Shown: positions 29,302-38,721 of the stretch, piece by piece
Layout: the number at the start of each line of letters is the position of its first letter
How positions within the stretch are numbered: position 1 is the first letter of the stretch
Assembly: GCA_038204425.1 (NCBI GenBank)
Contig: JBBRCZ010000001.1
Span: forward strand, 352,001 to 416,000
Direction: 5' to 3'
DNA length: 64,000 bases
Source of the DNA: Spirochaetia bacterium
GTDB lineage: Bacteria; Spirochaetota; Spirochaetia; DSM-27196; Salinispiraceae
Position numbers and translations under genes: made by a program
The notes under the pieces: generated by a model
Database searches by the model: none
What the model saw: the letters and a program-made list of their open reading frames with translations, nothing else
Told to the model about the DNA's origin: nothing

Positions 29302-30910
29302 GTATACATTTTCCTTTGAGCCAAGCTTAAGTACATCGGTTAAAGTACCTGTCATAAAATTTTCTGGTCGGGAGTATTGGTTAGGATCTAAATATGATCC
29401 TAAAAAAGAGGCCCAAAAGATTGTAGATTCTATAGAATACAGCAGTCTCTTTATAGTTCTTGGTTTCGGTGATGGCTTTCTAAGTGACCTCTTAGCCAAA
29501 AAACATACCGGATCGTCTATTATGGTTGTGGATTTCTTTGATGAGATGGAAGACTGGATTAGGGACAGTGCCTCAATAAGGAGTCTCAGTTCTAAGTTTG
29601 TTGACTTTCAAATCTGCCCAAATGGCGGGAGCCTAGAAAGCTTAGTAGCAAGACACTATTCGCCACTTTTTTTCTCGAGTGTTCGAATCATCGCATCACC
29701 TGCGCTCAGTAATTATCAAAGGCTTTTGGTTTATGATCCACTAAAAGTGGCTATGCAAACAATAGAAAGGCTGTCAAATGATTTTGTAACTCAAAGTGTA
29801 TTCGGAAAGATCTGGCACCGAAACATAGTGCATAATCTGCGCTATCTTGCACGCTCGCCCCGTAGTGGTCAAGAATACAAAAGCTTAGAACTAGGATTAA
29901 AAGACAAGGATTGTCTCATTCTGGGTGCTGGCCCTGGCCTTGAAGTGTATAAGCAACAGATTATAGCCCTACAAAAGAAGGGCCATAAAATAGCCTGTGC
30001 TGACGCAAGCCTAAACTGGGTGATCGCAAATCTCGGAACCTATCCAGATATAGTCCTAAGCATAGACCCCCAGGACTACACGCTTTTTCATACTGGCTTT
30101 GTGGATACCAAACACTGCTTTACAACCTACCTCAGTGATCTTGGAGCCCACAGACAGCTATTTGCAAAGCACAGCGCTTTACCAGTCAACTGCGGCCATC
30201 CGCTGGCCTTTTTTTTGACAGAGGGGCAAGGGTTACCCGAGCTAAAGGATAACGGAGCAAATGTTGGACATGCACTGTGTTCACTATTGTTGCAAATTGG
30301 CGTAAAGTCGGCAACCGTCTTTGGTTTGGATTTTGCTTATTTTAAGGCAATGCCGTATAGCAAAAATACTGAATGGTTTGCCAGTGCCTATCAAGCGCAA
30401 GATAGAAAAACACCCATTGAAGGCAAAATTATGGCTATAAAGGCTGATTGGAGCTCGCAGAAAGATGAAATTGCGACATTCTTTAGTTTTAGTAATCAAC
30501 GCTTCGTTAACTACTATAATGCTTTTAAAGATCGGTTTGAGATTTCGAAGCTTAGCTATATGGCCTGCTTCACTGAAAGAAGCTTTCCTGGTCAATCGAA
30601 CAACGTTGCCTACAAGGGCTCCAAGGGCTTCTATGTGTCAGATACCATAAATATTGATTTCAGTGACTTGACCTCTAGATTTATGCAGCTAAGTGAATTT
30701 TTGGAAGCCAACAGAACATTCAGCCCGTTGAGTTTGCTTAAATCGAAGAGTAACTATTCAAGAAATGTATTGTCAGCACATCTCCCGCTTATAACACATT
30801 TTTTTTCAAGGGCAATAAGGGCTGGCTTCAATCCGTCCGATAGTATTACAATAGCTGGTGAGCAAGCTTTTTCCTACTCAAAACGTTTGCTGGATCTCGC
30901 TAAGAATTAG
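29282..30910 (+). CDS. Second Maf/DUF115 (MptE-like) protein
   Basis: LGSKYDPKKEA, VLGFGDG, FGKIWHRNIVHN, ILGAGPGL, PDIVLSIDPQ, GANV, FGLDFAY. Confidence 0.8.
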   Translation: MTMSKPEYTFSFEPSLSTSVKVPVIKFSGREYWLGSKYDPKKEAQKIVDSIEYSSLFIVLGFGDGFLSDLLAKKHTGSSIMVVDFFDEMEDWIRDSASIRSLSSKFVDFQICPNGGSLESLVARHYSPLFFSSVRIIASPALSNYQRLLVYDPLKVAMQTIERLSNDFVTQSVFGKIWHRNIVHNLRYLARSPRSGQEYKSLELGLKDKDCLILGAGPGLEVYKQQIIALQKKGHKIACADASLNWVIANLGTYPDIVLSIDPQDYTLFHTGFVDTKHCFTTYLSDLGAHRQLFAKHSALPVNCGHPLAFFLTEGQGLPELKDNGANVGHALCSLLLQIGVKSATVFGLDFAYFKAMPYSKNTEWFASAYQAQDRKTPIEGKIMAIKADWSSQKDEIATFFSFSNQRFVNYYNAFKDRFEISKLSYMACFTERSFPGQSNNVAYKGSKGFYVSDTINIDFSDLTSRFMQLSEFLEANRTFSPLSLLKSKSNYSRNVLSAHLPLITHFFSRAIRAGFNPSDSITIAGEQAFSYSKRLLDLAKN

Positions 30911-30933
30911 TAGTTCTCGTTACAAAGGGTTTT

Positions 30934-32058
30934 ATGGGAAAAGTCTTCGCAATTCTGGTCTTTTCGATATTGATAGTATTGATACTTGGGCTTACACTTT
31001 ACAAATCAACTGTATCACAGGAAAACGAAATCTTGATGGTTAAGCTTTTGCCTAAGGTTGAGGCATTGTTTGAGGACAATCCAATCGAAGGTCCCCAGAG
31101 AAAAAGCAGGTTGGCCGCAGACATCTTTGATGTGTTGCAGAAAAAAAACAGCCTAGACCATTTTGCAGTTTTTGCAGCCGGAAAAAATTTGGTTTTCTAT
31201 TGGTCACGTTACCCTTCACTCAATCCACAGTTGGACTTCTTTGCTCAAAGTTCATTCCAAAGTCTCATAAGCACATACCAAGTCAAAGACTTCACAATCT
31301 ACTCCCGCACCGAGTTAATTACCGTGGAACTTGGCGTCTATGTTACCTTGTCAATCGCATTGATCTTTTTACTTGTTGTTGTTTTATTTTCTATTGCAAG
31401 CAGGAAGGTAAAGTCCGTCGATAGCCAAGCTCTAGATTTTGAATACAACGCAAGAACAGCGGCTATCATCATTCCACTTCAAGAACAACAAGAACAGTTT
31501 AGTGCGAGCATTAAGAACGAGTTAAGTCAACTAGAACAGAAAAAGTATAGACGCACAGAGGGTTTGATTGACCGGTTTACCGGTGTCTGCCGAGGTGATA
31601 TTCTTGAATATAGGCTGGAAAAGGAACTTGCACGGTCAGCAGAAAATAACGTAGATCTCAGCTTGCTTCTTGTCAGATTTAGAGGGCTTAAGGCCACCAA
31701 AAAGACCAATGCCGCTCAGGTTATGATAGACGAGTTTACCCACGAGGATTTGATATTTGAATACGGAGATGACGCTTTCTTTGTTATTCTACCGCAGTCT
31801 GACTTTGACCAAAGTTTAGCAAAGACCGAACTGTTTATTGCTCGAAGAGATTTTAATTTACTTAATGGGATAGACGAAAAGGTGGTAACGCTACTAGCTG
31901 GAATATCATCAAGAAACGGTAGACTAATGAATTCTAAACGTCTTATCAATGAGGTACAAATAGCAATCAAAAGAGCAAGGGATCAGGACGGAAAGATTGT
32001 TGGCTTTAGGCCTGATCCCATGAAATTTAGACACTATTTGAGTCACACTAAAGTATAA
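30934..32058 (+). CDS. Two-TM membrane protein with degenerate GGDEF domain
   Basis: DRFTGV, RLEKELARS, LSLLLV, FEYGDDAFFVILP (GDDAF), AGIS. Confidence 0.8.
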   Translation: MGKVFAILVFSILIVLILGLTLYKSTVSQENEILMVKLLPKVEALFEDNPIEGPQRKSRLAADIFDVLQKKNSLDHFAVFAAGKNLVFYWSRYPSLNPQLDFFAQSSFQSLISTYQVKDFTIYSRTELITVELGVYVTLSIALIFLLVVVLFSIASRKVKSVDSQALDFEYNARTAAIIIPLQEQQEQFSASIKNELSQLEQKKYRRTEGLIDRFTGVCRGDILEYRLEKELARSAENNVDLSLLLVRFRGLKATKKTNAAQVMIDEFTHEDLIFEYGDDAFFVILPQSDFDQSLAKTELFIARRDFNLLNGIDEKVVTLLAGISSRNGRLMNSKRLINEVQIAIKRARDQDGKIVGFRPDPMKFRHYLSHTKV

Positions 32059-32059
32059 C

Positions 32060-33016
32060 TTATTCGAGCATGCTCAATTTCAGTTTCCAAGCAGATACTT
32101 GGAAGACCAATAGATTGGCCGTTTTTTCGCTTAAGTCCGCCAGCGGCGCGGCAATATACTGCTCTGTGTCTTTGCTTTTGTAAACTACCAGAACTCGCTC
32201 ACGGCCATCAGCAAACTTCATAGTCAGATTAAAGAGCTTCTGGTAATTTGGAACAGGCACTTTTTCAAGATCAAAAAACTCATCCCCTTCTATTCGACTT
32301 ATGTCGTTGACGTAGCCAGCGATTTCTTCGCTTGTTTTGCTTGAGTTTTGCTTGGCCTGCCAAAGCGTATTGCCGTTGACCACTGAACTCGTGAAACTCC
32401 TTGTAGTACTAGAGCGGGCGCTAAATCGTTCGATAGCAAAGGACAAAACGCCAGTCTTAGGGTCGAGATCGGGCCATAAACGCCTGTCTAACCAATATTG
32501 TGTATTTTGCTTTAAGTAAGAGATAAGACCAGAGTCAATGCTAAGGACTTTTGAATCGCCTTTTTTTGCCATCAGCTGAAGGCCGCGATCATTGAGCGAG
32601 TCGGAGAACTCAAAATCGGAGACTCTGTTTTGGGTATCGACGATTTTTAAAGACAATGTATTCTCCGCCTTTAGACCGACTTCCGCCCTACTAACATCAC
32701 TGTTTGCAACTATACTTTGTACCTTTATCCCCTTGAGTGAGCTAAAAAAATCTACGACTCTTTCTAGTCTTACTGGATAGACCTGACCAGTTTCTGATTT
32801 GATCTTCCAGTCAGATTTATCTCGATATAAGGAAATGTTTTCCGATGCTGAACGAATTTCTATAGAACTCGTATTGGATATGTCTGGAACAAGTTCAAAT
32901 GGATTCTCTATGGTTTCGTTGCTGTCGACAATGTTGAAGACTAGACCGACAATCAAGCTGATGCTCAAAGTCGCAATTACGGCAATCATGGCGGGAATGG
33001 TTGTTATTTTTTTCAT
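32060..33016 (-). CDS. DUF4340-type membrane-anchored protein
   Basis: N-terminal TM; ...W...YPV..., WLDRRLW; last gene of Gld-like operon; ATGA overlap at 33013-33016. Confidence 0.7.
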   Translation of the reverse strand: MKKITTIPAMIAVIATLSISLIVGLVFNIVDSNETIENPFELVPDISNTSSIEIRSASENISLYRDKSDWKIKSETGQVYPVRLERVVDFFSSLKGIKVQSIVANSDVSRAEVGLKAENTLSLKIVDTQNRVSDFEFSDSLNDRGLQLMAKKGDSKVLSIDSGLISYLKQNTQYWLDRRLWPDLDPKTGVLSFAIERFSARSSTTRSFTSSVVNGNTLWQAKQNSSKTSEEIAGYVNDISRIEGDEFFDLEKVPVPNYQKLFNLTMKFADGRERVLVVYKSKDTEQYIAAPLADLSEKTANLLVFQVSAWKLKLSMLE

Positions 33017-34644
33017 AACTTTTCTCCAAAGACCTGTTTCGATTTTTTTCTTCGCATAGCCAAGCGGACAAGGCCAAAAACCACAACGGCAAGCGGTATA
33101 AGTACCGTATTTACCAGCCAAGCAAGAAATATGACCGCGTCCTTGTGGCTTTTATCTGCAATTAGATCTAGTTTGGCATCCACTACAATTCGGTTCCTAA
33201 GCTTCATTATTGATTCGTCACCAGCCAAATATTCATATAGGTTTCTGATAAAGGTGATGTTTGATTCTGATTGAGTGTATGCAATTAGATCGCTGCCAAA
33301 ATCGGCATCCCCGACTAAAACTAAACGACCTTTAGCTGTTGAGAAAATCCATGTACTTCTGTTTTCAGGCTCAAATGCGGATCTGAGCTCTCCTAATCTC
33401 GCTATTGCAAGATTGTAGCTATTCTGGCCGCCCGACGCCAACTGTGATTGCACAAAGGAAGCACTTTGCAGCGGATCTACGCTAGGTTGTTCTAGTTGAT
33501 TTAAAGATTGGCTCGAAGTCTTTATCAATACCTGCCCGTCAAAGCCTTGTAGTAGCTTAACGGAACTCGCCCAGTAAAGGTCAACATTTGATAGGTTTTT
33601 AGTTACACTGCTGGTTTGTGAGAGTTGTCTAGAACCGGCCCGCAACCAGAGTGGATATGCCATATCTCGTCTCATGGAGTTCTGCCCCATAATTTGAAGA
33701 ACAGGAATGGCTGCACTTTCCATATCAAAGACAATGCCCGGTTCTAGTTCTAGTCCATAAGTTGGAAGAATTTTTTTGATTGCACCTTCTGGATTCCGCT
33801 TGGCCTTAAAGATATTGGCTACAGCTTGTCCACCACCCGTATAGAGCGGCATAAATGGGTTGTTGCCATAGGGATTGCTGACTTCTACAGACCACGAATC
33901 AAGCCCAAGCAGCACACCTTTGCCACTCATTATAAATTGGTCAACATTTCTTGCATCATTCTCACTCAGACCTGAATCATCAAAAACAAAAAGTACTTGG
34001 ATATCTGCTGGGATTATTTCACCCTTGTTGAGAATTCTAAGTTCAATGTTCTGCCCCAAAACTTGTCTAATAGTGTTATAAGTAGCATCTTCGCCACTGC
34101 TTGTTTTGCCGGACAAGATACCAAGAATTGGTTTGCGATTGGTACTGAGATTCTTAATTGCTGAACTAAGCTCGTACTCAAAGTTTCCAGGATCTGTAAC
34201 CAAGGGAATAACTTGCGAACGATTAAGGTACTGAATTTGTACGCCAGAATAGACTAAATTGGTCGACATTTGGTTTTCTTTTACAACTTGGTATTGTTGA
34301 GCTTGTAAACCCAAGCTTTCTGCTTTGACACCCGTTTCATTTTTTTCGGGATCAATTACCTTAGCTCGAACCATACCATTGGAACTGCGGGAATATTCAT
34401 GCAGGAGATCCACTAGATTTTGAATCTGTGGAATCTGTTCAGTTAGGATTGTAGAAACATAGTAGTTGATATAAAGCGGTTCTTTGAGCGAGCGTGCAAT
34501 GTTTACGCTTTCGTCTGCCAGGGTATAGGCCTTGTTTTCGGTTAGATCTGCTCTAAAGTGAAAAACGAGACTGTTGGCTATCAATAAGACGGCGATGACA
34601 CTCGCAAAAAATAAGATCAAGCGCGCCTTGGTTTTCTTTTCCAT
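33013..34644 (-). CDS. GldG-family ABC transporter auxiliary component
   Basis: RADLTENKAYTL, DLLHEY, VIDPE, EYELSSAI, DQFIMSG, GRLVLVGDADF; C-terminal TM. Confidence 0.85.
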   Translation of the reverse strand: MEKKTKARLILFFASVIAVLLIANSLVFHFRADLTENKAYTLADESVNIARSLKEPLYINYYVSTILTEQIPQIQNLVDLLHEYSRSSNGMVRAKVIDPEKNETGVKAESLGLQAQQYQVVKENQMSTNLVYSGVQIQYLNRSQVIPLVTDPGNFEYELSSAIKNLSTNRKPILGILSGKTSSGEDATYNTIRQVLGQNIELRILNKGEIIPADIQVLFVFDDSGLSENDARNVDQFIMSGKGVLLGLDSWSVEVSNPYGNNPFMPLYTGGGQAVANIFKAKRNPEGAIKKILPTYGLELEPGIVFDMESAAIPVLQIMGQNSMRRDMAYPLWLRAGSRQLSQTSSVTKNLSNVDLYWASSVKLLQGFDGQVLIKTSSQSLNQLEQPSVDPLQSASFVQSQLASGGQNSYNLAIARLGELRSAFEPENRSTWIFSTAKGRLVLVGDADFGSDLIAYTQSESNITFIRNLYEYLAGDESIMKLRNRIVVDAKLDLIADKSHKDAVIFLAWLVNTVLIPLAVVVFGLVRLAMRRKKSKQVFGEKL

Positions 34645-34646
34645 TC

Positions 34647-35369
34647 TTATCTCCATTTTTTTAGCACCAATTGACGTTCATTTAGAAAGAGAAAAAAGGC
34701 TGTTATCGTCAGGAAGAAGACCAGGTCACGCGAGTCAACGATACCTTTGATAAAGCTTTCGGAATGATAGCCAAAAGACAAATACTGCAATAACAAGACT
34801 ACAAAACCAGGCAGTTCTGTAAACCGCCCTATTTGGTCAATCAAGGTAAGAACTAGGGCTATGGCAGTGGTCAACAAAAATGCTACTACTTGGTTTTTAC
34901 TGAGACTAGAAATGTAAATCCCCAAGGCGATTTCGGCCATTCCCAATAGGAACATCCCCAAATACTCTCCAGCAATTACACCAAAGTCAAAATGACCAAG
35001 AAATGAAACCATTATTGGCACTGGTAAAGTAAGTACAAGCAAGCCGCCAAATAGTACAACGAGAGCAAGAAACTTCCCCAAGACCAACTGTATTTCTTTG
35101 AACGGCAAGGTTAAGAGTACTTCTAAGGTACCGTTTCTCTGTTCTTCTGCCCAAGTCCTCATTGTCAAGGCTGGGATGATGAACGAAAAGAGAAAAGGAA
35201 AGATGCTAAAGTAAGCTCTCAGACTGGCCTGATCTTGGGCAACAAACTGTCTGATGTTAAAAAGATAGACCGAGGAAATCAATAGAAACATTAGTCCAAC
35301 TACGTAGGCAACGGCTGAATTGCCATAGAACTGCAGTTCCTTTTTGACCAAAATCAATACTTTACTCAT
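34647..35369 (-). CDS. GldF-like ABC transporter permease
   Basis: KKEL..Y..S.VAYV, PALTMRTWAEEQRNGTLEVLLTLP, LGKFLA, KGIVDSRDL. Confidence 0.9.
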   Translation of the reverse strand: MSKVLILVKKELQFYGNSAVAYVVGLMFLLISSVYLFNIRQFVAQDQASLRAYFSIFPFLFSFIIPALTMRTWAEEQRNGTLEVLLTLPFKEIQLVLGKFLALVVLFGGLLVLTLPVPIMVSFLGHFDFGVIAGEYLGMFLLGMAEIALGIYISSLSKNQVVAFLLTTAIALVLTLIDQIGRFTELPGFVVLLLQYLSFGYHSESFIKGIVDSRDLVFFLTITAFFLFLNERQLVLKKWR

Positions 35370-36342
35370 CTTTGTTCTCCTGCTTGCTCGTAAGACTTGT
35401 AAATACGTCTTCTAGACTTGTGTTAATTTGTCTTAGGCCCAAAATAGGAACGTTACTCTTGACGGCCAATTCAAACAAACGTTTTTGAAAAGCCCAAGTC
35501 TGAGTGTCGCTGTGTTTTTTGAGGCTTAAAGAGTAGACGAGAGCAGTTCCGTAGGTCGATTCCTGATTGCTAATGGCAAGATCGGCAATTTCTTTCTGCA
35601 ACAAAGCGATCAATTTCTCGGATTCTAGCGGTAGGATAAGTTCAAAAATTTGGGCACCACGAAGTTCGTTGCCAATTTCTTGCGTGCTACCTTGAGCTAC
35701 GATTCTACCATGGTTGAGGATTAGAACTCTGGTGCAGACTGCCTCTACTTCTTGGAGAATATGCGTAGAAAGAATAATGGTACAGCGCTTTCCGAGCTCT
35801 ACGATTAGCTTACGAATTTCAAGAATTTGATTGGGGTCAAGTCCAGTCGTTGGCTCGTCAAGAATAAGAATGTCGGGTTCGTGCAAAATTGCCTGAGCCA
35901 GTCCTACACGCTGCCTAAAACCCTTAGAAAGGGTATCAATAGTCTTGTAGTATACCTCTTCAAGACTGCAGTCCTTGACCACTTTGATTATGGCCTGCTT
36001 TTTGTCCAATCCTGAGTTTGTTTTTTTGTCCTTTAGACGCACTTCGGCTATAAAAGACAGATATTCTTCTACCGTTAACTCTGGATAGAGCGGTGCATTC
36101 TCTGGCAAATAGCCAATCTTGTCTTTAATTGAGTCGCTGTGCTCGCTTATGTCAAGCGAATCTATGCTTACCGTGCCGGAACTTGGAAAGTGAAAGCCGG
36201 TAAGCATCTTCATTATGGTGGTCTTTCCAGCACCATTGGGCCCGAGCAAGCCGACAATTTCGCCCTTATTGATGCAAAAATCGACATCACTCACGGCCGG
36301 AACACCTTGGTAGTGTTTTGAAAGCTGCAGAACTTCTATCAT
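35362..36342 (-). CDS. GldA-like ABC transporter ATP-binding protein
   Basis: GPNGAGKTT, LSKGFRQRVGLAQA, LDEPTTGLDPNQI. Confidence 0.93.
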   Translation of the reverse strand: MIEVLQLSKHYQGVPAVSDVDFCINKGEIVGLLGPNGAGKTTIMKMLTGFHFPSSGTVSIDSLDISEHSDSIKDKIGYLPENAPLYPELTVEEYLSFIAEVRLKDKKTNSGLDKKQAIIKVVKDCSLEEVYYKTIDTLSKGFRQRVGLAQAILHEPDILILDEPTTGLDPNQILEIRKLIVELGKRCTIILSTHILQEVEAVCTRVLILNHGRIVAQGSTQEIGNELRGAQIFELILPLESEKLIALLQKEIADLAISNQESTYGTALVYSLSLKKHSDTQTWAFQKRLFELAVKSNVPILGLRQINTSLEDVFTSLTSKQENKDE

Positions 36343-36403
36343 GAAACCTCCACGTTTTTTTAGTGTGGCTTCCCAACTTACAGTTTAAGAAACCACTTGC
36401 AGT

Positions 36404-37342
36404 TTATTCGGAATATTCTATCTCAATAGTTTGTCGATCACGAAGCAAGAAACTGTTTGCAAATTCAGACACGGCCTCGTCTTGCAGTAGTTTGAGCTCT
36501 CTGTCAGTATAGCGCGGACTAAAGTGAAAGAGCCCCAACTGCTTAACGCCACCGGCTTGTTTGGCAAGCCTTGCAGCTTCAAGCGCTGTCATATGTTTTT
36601 TTGCATGTGCAGTTTCTTTTAACGCATGTTCAAACATACCCTCACAGACAAAGAGATCTGAATTTTCCACTTCTTGTGAGATAGACATAATTGGTAGCGT
36701 GTCGGTTACAAAACTAACCTTGCGACCTTTACGTTCATTGCCCATGACTTGGCTTGGTTCTATCGTCCTGCCGTCTTCCAGTTGCACGCTTTGACCACCT
36801 TGCAACTTACCCCACAGCGGGCCACGCGGAATTGAAAGCCCTTCGGCCTTGTCCGGAAAAAAGACTCCGGGTCTATGCTTTTCTGTAAATGAATAACCAA
36901 CACAAACCCTTGTGTGTTTGAGTGGAAAAGACCTGACCTGATATTCTGGGTGGTCAAAAACTACGCCTGGTTTGCTAGGGTCTTCTATTTCTTGGATGAT
37001 GATCTCATAGTTGATATACATCTCGAGTACATTGCGTGACGTTTCAATATACTCTTTAATACGCGCTGGACCAATGATGTAGAGTGGTTCAGTTCGTTCA
37101 ACTTGGCTTGATAGCATCAACATGCCTGGCAGACCAGTGATATGGTCAGCATGGGTATGACTTATAAAAATAGCGTTGATGTGTTTCCAACGTAGATTCA
37201 ATTTGCGCAAAGAAACCTGAGTTCCCTCACCGCAATCAAATAAAAAAAGCTCGCCCTCTCGTCTCAAGAGCATTGAACTCAAATTGCGCTGGGGCAGAGG
37301 AATACTTCCCCCTGTTCCCAGCATAAAAACTTCTAGACTCAT
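36404..37342 (-). CDS. rnz: Ribonuclease Z
   Basis: LGTGG, FDCGEGTQ, HTHADH, GP-rich exosite, HFSPRY. Confidence 0.95.
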   Translation of the reverse strand: MSLEVFMLGTGGSIPLPQRNLSSMLLRREGELFLFDCGEGTQVSLRKLNLRWKHINAIFISHTHADHITGLPGMLMLSSQVERTEPLYIIGPARIKEYIETSRNVLEMYINYEIIIQEIEDPSKPGVVFDHPEYQVRSFPLKHTRVCVGYSFTEKHRPGVFFPDKAEGLSIPRGPLWGKLQGGQSVQLEDGRTIEPSQVMGNERKGRKVSFVTDTLPIMSISQEVENSDLFVCEGMFEHALKETAHAKKHMTALEAARLAKQAGGVKQLGLFHFSPRYTDRELKLLQDEAVSEFANSFLLRDRQTIEIEYSE

Positions 37343-37360
37343 ACTTTATTGTAGTTCCGA

Positions 37361-38560
37361 TCACTTTACCTTGGGAAAAAGTGTATTGATTTCTTCGTCA
37401 TAATCCACGTCAGCGCGGCCAAAACCATGAATAGTGAGGAAATCCTGATTGGTTCCCTCTATGTCTGCCAATTGAGCTACGTTTTCTGTGTTGACGAGAT
37501 CCCAGCGTTTTGCAACTTCCACTTGCACTGCAGGATCAAGTTCCCAGTCGTCCATTCTGATACGTCCTTCTGAGTCGGTCACAATACCACTGGTTCCGTT
37601 TCCTTTGCCATAGAGCTTAACTCTGTACAGACGGTCCATTTGTTGGATGCAGTTTTCGTGGGTGCCTTTCTCTTTCATTACCTTGTACAGTAATGCAAAG
37701 TAGAGTGGCACAACAGGGATTACCGCGCTTGCTCGAGTAACCAAGCCTTTGTTTTCCGAGACCCAAGACTTGCCGCCAATTGGTGCCAACAATTGATCAA
37801 TATCTTTAACACTGGCTTCCAAATGCGCTTTGGCTTTGCCAATAGTTCCATTTAGGTAAACAGGATGTGTCACTTCTGGTCCAATATAAGAATAAGCGAC
37901 AGTTACTGCATTGGGAGCAAGGACACCTGCGGCCAACAAAGCTTTGATCCATAGGATCCAGTCTTCGCCGCCCATAACCTTAACGGTATTGTCTATTTCT
38001 TCTTGACTAGTGATAGGGTCAATGCTAGCGATACTAACTTCATGAGTACTCGTATTGAAGGTTTTTGCACTGTAGGTTTGACCAATTGGCTTGAGTACTG
38101 ACCGGTATTGAATCCCCGTGGCTGGATCGGTTCTCACTGGTGAAGCAAGACTATAGACAACAACATCAACGGTACCTAAGAGAGCTTTAATTCTCTCAAT
38201 TACCTGCATGCGAGTTTCGTCAGAAAAGGCATCCGCATTAATGTTCTCAGATTTTAGGCCAGCTTTTTTAGCTAGTTGGTTAAAAGACTCGACATTGTAC
38301 CAACCCATGGTGCCTGGTTTTTTTTCGCTGGCTTCTTTTTCGTAAGAGACACCGATACTATCAGCGCCAGCACCAAAGGCCAAGGCTATGCGTGACGCGA
38401 GACCGTATCCAGTGGATGAGCCAATTATCAGTGCACGTTTAGGGCCCTTCCAGCGCCCATGCTTGCTTACCAAAGCAATCTGATCCTCTACGTCCTTGAA
38501 ACAGCCCAAAGGATGGGCATTCATGCAAATATTGTTACGAATCATTGGTTTGATAACCAT
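37361..38560 (-). CDS. fabV: Enoyl-ACP reductase FabV / trans-2-enoyl-CoA reductase
   Basis: MVIKPMIRNNICMNAHP, GSSTGYGLASR, VMGGEDW, YSYIGPE, LVTRAS. Confidence 0.95.
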   Translation of the reverse strand: MVIKPMIRNNICMNAHPLGCFKDVEDQIALVSKHGRWKGPKRALIIGSSTGYGLASRIALAFGAGADSIGVSYEKEASEKKPGTMGWYNVESFNQLAKKAGLKSENINADAFSDETRMQVIERIKALLGTVDVVVYSLASPVRTDPATGIQYRSVLKPIGQTYSAKTFNTSTHEVSIASIDPITSQEEIDNTVKVMGGEDWILWIKALLAAGVLAPNAVTVAYSYIGPEVTHPVYLNGTIGKAKAHLEASVKDIDQLLAPIGGKSWVSENKGLVTRASAVIPVVPLYFALLYKVMKEKGTHENCIQQMDRLYRVKLYGKGNGTSGIVTDSEGRIRMDDWELDPAVQVEVAKRWDLVNTENVAQLADIEGTNQDFLTIHGFGRADVDYDEEINTLFPKVK

Positions 38561-38721
38561 AGCTAGCTCTCCTGCTGCCGTGGCAGGCTTTTCTAGCCAC
38601 GGTCTTCTTGTTACAATAGCAGTCGGATTAGTCCGATTTGTGATGCTAAAGTTGGCTAAGTTGTACTATAAATGAGCAGATCTGAGCAACCATATCAAAT
38701 ATGCAGAGCTAGGAATAGAAA

